Source: Chlamydiota bacterium (GTDB taxonomy: Bacteria > Chlamydiota > Chlamydiia > Chlamydiales > SM23-39). Taken from it: a DNA stretch of 10,615 nt. Made by a program: the position numbers and the translations under genes. The notes under the pieces are model-generated. The model did not search any database, was not told where the DNA came from, and saw nothing but the letters and a program-made list of their open reading frames with translations. The DNA lies in the NCBI GenBank assembly GCA_038534095.1, contig JBCAXK010000050.1, forward strand, positions 1-10,615, read 5' to 3'. Positions within the stretch are counted from its first letter, which is position 1, and each line of letters starts with the position of its first letter. Of this stretch, positions 6,957 to 10,615 are shown piece by piece.

Positions 6957-8666
6957 TCACCAGTCTATTTCTACCCCTTCTTCTGTGCCACTTTCGAAAG
7001 AGCTTTGGAGGATCTCGCTAGCATACTTCTGGGTAAGGTTTGTGTCTTCATGGGCAAGGAGCACTGTGGGGTATTTCTTAAAAAAATCGAGGGAATAGGC
7101 GCTTCCAAACAAAGTGACAATCGTTTTGTGGGCATACTTTTCTAAATGCTGAATCCAATTTTCGTAGGAGGGGATGATTCCATGGACGTGAAAATTCCGT
7201 AGCTGTTTTGTTTGCTCCTTTTCTTCTAGTAAGCGAATGTTTGTGATCCTTCTTGGATCGAGAGGGTGTACGGCAAAAATGATCCATGAATATTTATCTA
7301 GTTTCGTGAGTAGGGTGTCGTGTGTTTTAGGGCTTAAAAGATCGAAGGGGGTCATCTCTAGTCTGGAAGAAAGCTCTTCAAAAAAGGCATTTGAGGCACT
7401 TTCTCCTAATTGCACGTACGCAATAGGCTCCTCTCGATAAAGAAGGTTTGGAGGCATTCCCTTTCTAAAACCAATGACGCTTTTCCAAAGCTTTTTTTGT
7501 AGTTGCTGCGCCTGAGGACTCGCTAGATCACTTGGACCAGGTATATTGAGAGGGCGCTTCTCCTGAATATGAAAGCACTCTTTCATCTTTAGGATTTTGA
7601 AGACTCTAGCGTCTAACGTACTTTTTAGAATAAGACCGCTTTTGATCGCTGCGCTGATGGCTTTGTACGCTTTTAAAAAATCTCTTGGCATAAGAAGCAA
7701 GTCGTTTCCCGCTAAAAAAGCGCGGACGGCAATCTCTTCATCAGAAAAATCGCGGGTTAAACCCTTCATCCGGAGAGCGCCGCTAATCACGAGTCCATCG
7801 AAGCTAAGCTGATTTTTTAAAAGATGTGTAACAATGGAGGGGGATAAGCTTGCAGGCAAAGACGGATCTAGTTCTAAAGAGGGGACAAGGACATGTTCTG
7901 TTTGGATCGATAAGAGGCCTGAAGCAATGGCTTGAACAAACGGATAAAGCTCCACCTCTCCCAATCTTTCTTGACTATGCGCAGCTAGAGGTAGATGCAA
8001 ATGGGGATCTTGATCAATGTCTCCAAGTCCTGGAAAATGCTTCGCTGAAGCGATGATGCCACCCTCTTGTAGTCCCCGAATCATTGCGATCCCTTGCTTT
8101 GCGACCTTTTGGGGGCAGCTTCCAAAAGAGCGCACATTGATCACAGGGTTGTCTAGATGTCTATTTACATCTAAAACGGGGCTGAAATTCATGTGCACCC
8201 CAACCAGCTTTGCCTGCCGAGCAATTTCTTTACCCATTTGATGGATGAGGTGTGTATCCTCAAGAAAGCCTAAAGCGCTATTTTTTGGGAAAGACATGCC
8301 ATCTTCTAAGCGCATAGAAAGACCCCACTCTAAATCCTGAGCAATCAAAAGAGAATACTTGCTCAGGCTTTGGTAATGGTTGATTAGCCTAGCCTGTTTT
8401 TGACTAGAACTTGGCCCGACAAAAGCAATCCCCCCAACATGGTAATCTTGAATATACCGCTCGATTTCTACAAACAGATTAGGGTTTCCCGTTTCCTTTG
8501 CGCAAAAGTCTTCATCAACGTAGCCTGCAATCAAAAAGATTTGTCCAATTTTTTCCTCAAGAGACATCGTCTCTAATGTTGTCTCTGCCCATCTTGAGGG
8601 GTGTTCGGCAAAAGTGGAGTCAAGAGAGCAGAAAATAAGAAGAAGGAATAAGGCGCTTTTTAGCAT
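6957..8666 (-). CDS. Exported glycoside hydrolase family 3, NagZ-type beta-N-acetylhexosaminidase homologue; catalytic nucleophile apparently replaced by Gly
   Basis: Signal peptide (...DSTFA|EH). Motifs MSLEEKIGQ, QDLEWGLSMRL, SPVLDVN, NPVINVRSFG, KHFPGLGDIDQDPH and AGNDLLLMP. It has FDGLVISGALRM in place of F.GL(I/V)(T/S)DAL.M. Confidence 0.93.
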   Translation of the reverse strand: MLKSALFLLLIFCSLDSTFAEHPSRWAETTLETMSLEEKIGQIFLIAGYVDEDFCAKETGNPNLFVEIERYIQDYHVGGIAFVGPSSSQKQARLINHYQSLSKYSLLIAQDLEWGLSMRLEDGMSFPKNSALGFLEDTHLIHQMGKEIARQAKLVGVHMNFSPVLDVNRHLDNPVINVRSFGSCPQKVAKQGIAMIRGLQEGGIIASAKHFPGLGDIDQDPHLHLPLAAHSQERLGEVELYPFVQAIASGLLSIQTEHVLVPSLELDPSLPASLSPSIVTHLLKNQLSFDGLVISGALRMKGLTRDFSDEEIAVRAFLAGNDLLLMPRDFLKAYKAISAAIKSGLILKSTLDARVFKILKMKECFHIQEKRPLNIPGPSDLASPQAQQLQKKLWKSVIGFRKGMPPNLLYREEPIAYVQLGESASNAFFEELSSRLEMTPFDLLSPKTHDTLLTKLDKYSWIIFAVHPLDPRRITNIRLLEEKEQTKQLRNFHVHGIIPSYENWIQHLEKYAHKTIVTLFGSAYSLDFFKKYPTVLLAHEDTNLTQKYASEILQSSFESGTEEGVEIDW

Positions 8667-9204
8667 GACGTATCTCTATTGTCCTGGTTCAATTATTTCT
8701 TCAAGTGGCATGGGGATACATGTTGAATAGAAAAACAAATTTTAGAGAAAGTGCGCAATGTTTGGAAAGGAATTTTCAGAAAAAAATGCTATGCAATGTC
8801 TCTTGCTTGCGCTTCTCCTTAAAACAAGAAATTGTTCATCTGCGCGGTTTGTGATCGGAGTGTATTTCGTGGACGCCTCCAGAATTTTTTACCCCAGATC
8901 TTTTACTTCTATTCCTCGTAAAAGAAAATTTTCGAAGGAATATAGCTAAAACAGCTTTCAAAATGCTTCTCGCTTTTCTAGACCTTCCCCTCAATCTCCA
9001 ATATTTTTAGAAAGTATAGCATTCTCTTACATTGCTAAATCTACTTGAGGAATGGGGGATAGATAAAAACTCGAATCCAATAAAAATCATTAGCAATCTT
9101 TGTTTTTTACATAAATAAACACTGTTATTTTAAAATTGTTTTTAGTTTAAAATTAAATTACTTTCATTTATTATATTTAGAAATATTTATTCGGGAGGGT
9201 TGCT

Positions 9205-10251
9205 ATGAGTTTTTGTAACAGCATAAGAAAGTATTTCAAAGAGCCAGATTATCCATTGGTAGGTCCGTACATTCAGGAACCCAAATTCTTAATTACAAAA
9301 TGTTTTTTTACAAAAGTGGAAGAAACTGGAGCCAAGGCTTTACAGACATCTTCTGCAACTAGCTTACCCAAATGGGGCCGGGTCACTTGGATTCGCAATG
9401 GTTTGTTGCTGATTCCGGCTTTAGGCAATCTTGTTGTAAAAATCATCGATTTAATCTTGGGTTGCTTCTTCACTTCTTTGAAAGCAGACCCAACACAAAT
9501 CGTACCCATAAGCCCTGCATCAGAGCGCTCAAAAGCGGAATCCAAAACACAAAGCGTACCGATAAAGCCTCCTTCAGACTACCCAATAAAAAAGGTCAAA
9601 GATTTAATTATTCAAGCATTAAGTAATGATCAAATGCAGGTGTTAGACGATCTTTTAGAGATTTATGGAGACAAGCAGCTACCGAACGAACCCGAGGGAT
9701 GGTCGCTCATTGATTTTACTCTGAATGAAGCAGCATTGAGCGGAAAAATATCTCCAGTCGATCACCTGCTAAAAATCCATGGGCAAGAGCAATGGCCACA
9801 ACAACCGGCAGGATGCACGCGTGCTCAATACACTTTTAAAAAAGCTGCTGGTTATGGGCAAATACCCTTAGTTGACCACCTGATAACAATCTATGGGAAA
9901 ACACCATGGCCAGAAAAATCGTCAAGAGGGACTATGATTGATTATGCTATGGATGAAGCGGTACTTAGCGACCAAATAGCTTTAGTTGATCACCTTCTAA
10001 ACATTTACGGGGACGATGATCTACCGAACGAAGCCGAGGGGTGGAAGCGCCGTCATTACACTATTTGCGTAGCAACAGTTTACGAAAAAAGGGATTTGCT
10101 CGATCACCTGTTAAAAACCTATGGGGGCGAACCTTGCCCAGATAAAGCGATTGGAGAAACCTTGGTTGATTTTGCTTATGCTCATGCAAATAACAGCGGG
10201 CACACCGAATTGGCTGAGCATATAACCAATATGCATGGTTCACGCAGCTAA
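9205..10251 (+). CDS. Putative secreted effector with N-terminal hydrophobic motif and six ankyrin-like 38-aa repeats
   Basis: SD GGGAGG at 9193-9198 after a very AT-rich tract (about 9100-9190). IRNGLLLIPALGNLVVKIIDL at aa 63-83, a Pro/Ser/Lys linker, and repeats at aa 132-348. Confidence 0.85.
   Translation: MSFCNSIRKYFKEPDYPLVGPYIQEPKFLITKCFFTKVEETGAKALQTSSATSLPKWGRVTWIRNGLLLIPALGNLVVKIIDLILGCFFTSLKADPTQIVPISPASERSKAESKTQSVPIKPPSDYPIKKVKDLIIQALSNDQMQVLDDLLEIYGDKQLPNEPEGWSLIDFTLNEAALSGKISPVDHLLKIHGQEQWPQQPAGCTRAQYTFKKAAGYGQIPLVDHLITIYGKTPWPEKSSRGTMIDYAMDEAVLSDQIALVDHLLNIYGDDDLPNEAEGWKRRHYTICVATVYEKRDLLDHLLKTYGGEPCPDKAIGETLVDFAYAHANNSGHTELAEHITNMHGSRS
9598..10248 (+). repeat. Intragenic tandem repeat, 114-nt/38-aa unit, five full copies plus one partial
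   Basis: Units start at aa 132, 170, 208, 246, 284 and 322. Consensus approximately D[FY]xxxxAxxxGQxxLVDHLLxIYGxxxxPxxxxGxTxx. Confidence 0.9.
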
Positions 10252-10401
10252 GCAGTATCTGTTTATAAAAGCGAATAGGGGTGCCCCCTGAAAAAGCTCT
10301 TTAGAGTGAGTTGTGTTTGCCTGCAGGGCGTTTTCACTAAAAATTTTTGAGATTTTTTTATAGAAAATCATCGATAAAATTCCCTTAAGATAACCAGCTT
10401 C

Positions 10402-10610
10402 GAATAGGCTAGCTTGTGAGCGCGGAGGCTAATCTTCTTTTCAGATTGGTCGCAGCGGCGCTATGCACCGCCAGGGTGCAAATAGCCTAGATTCTCTGCT
10501 CTTTGTGCCTTTTTTTACCAGATGAGAGGTAAAGGAGGCCAGAACTGACGCATCAAAATTTTCATTGATTTTGTTATCCTCCTTGGGAAACCCCAAGGAG
10601 GATAAATGAA
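10402..10610 (+). promoter_or_regulatory. Structured 5' leader RNA, candidate translational riboswitch or attenuator
   Basis: Three-way junction at 10402-10494, hairpin at 10507-10539, and a perfect 14-bp hairpin at 10574-10605 containing the SD AAGGAGG. G-U pairs work only on the + strand. A -10-like TAAAAT lies at 10375-10380. Confidence 0.6.
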
Positions 10611-10615
10611 TTTCA
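10606..10615 (+). CDS. Probable start of a downstream gene (MNF...), truncated by the window edge
   Basis: AAGGAGG (10595-10601), then ATAA, then ATG AAT TTC. Only three codons are visible. Confidence 0.45.

Noticed and set aside
6946..6957. Terminator between the convergent MFS and GH3 genes
   Set aside because: Only 10 nt separate the stops and no hairpin is visible.
4574..8241. Short ORFs nested in the GNAT, MFS and GH3 genes
   Set aside because: Alternative-frame or antisense shadows of well-supported genes.
8758..8949. 63-aa ORF in the divergent spacer
   Set aside because: No convincing SD, motif or signal; probably promoter-region noise.
9273..10243. ORFs 9273-9545, 9372-9626 and 10061-10243
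   Set aside because: Shadows of the 348-aa repeat gene.
10402..10530. Calling the leader a SAM-I, T-box or M-box riboswitch
   Set aside because: Only short fragments resemble them. Diagnostic elements (SAM-I CUUAUC and GCAAC bulge, T-box GGUGGNACC) are missing.
10515..10565. Minus-strand mini-ORF MKILMRQFWPPLPLIW* with an AAGGAGG 12 nt upstream
   Set aside because: Its SD is just the mirror arm of the palindrome, the spacing is long, and G-U pairs in neighbouring stems favour the + strand. An antisense transcript is not excluded.
10574..10605. Final hairpin as an intrinsic terminator
   Set aside because: No U-tract follows on either strand, and the 3' arm is a canonical SD directly before an ATG.

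Overview
AT-rich bacterial window that looks like an accessory region of an intracellular symbiont, probably an environmental Chlamydiae member. This taxonomy is inference, from the effector-type 'LIPxLGNLVVxIID' motif, an MHS-family transporter and a tRNA gene lacking CCA. From left to right it contains a truncated unknown ORF absent from the ORF track, a small secreted zinc-ribbon peptide, a CsaA/Trbp111-type protein, a D-amino-acid-oxidase-family flavoprotein, tRNA-Leu(TAA), a pentapeptide-repeat protein, a RimJ/RimL GNAT, a ProP-like MFS transporter, an exported GH3/NagZ-family protein and a putative effector with 38-aa repeats. Four things stand out. (1) A ~210-nt structured leader at the right edge locks a strong Shine-Dalgarno in a perfect 14-bp hairpin and has an alternative pairing partner, a short uORF and a three-way junction upstream. 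(2) The NagZ homologue has Gly where the catalytic nucleophile Asp is expected. (3) The oxidase is circularly permuted and has a signal peptide. (4) The effector has an atypical 38-aa ankyrin-like repeat with a 342-nt higher-order period. No integrase, transposase or CRISPR array was seen.
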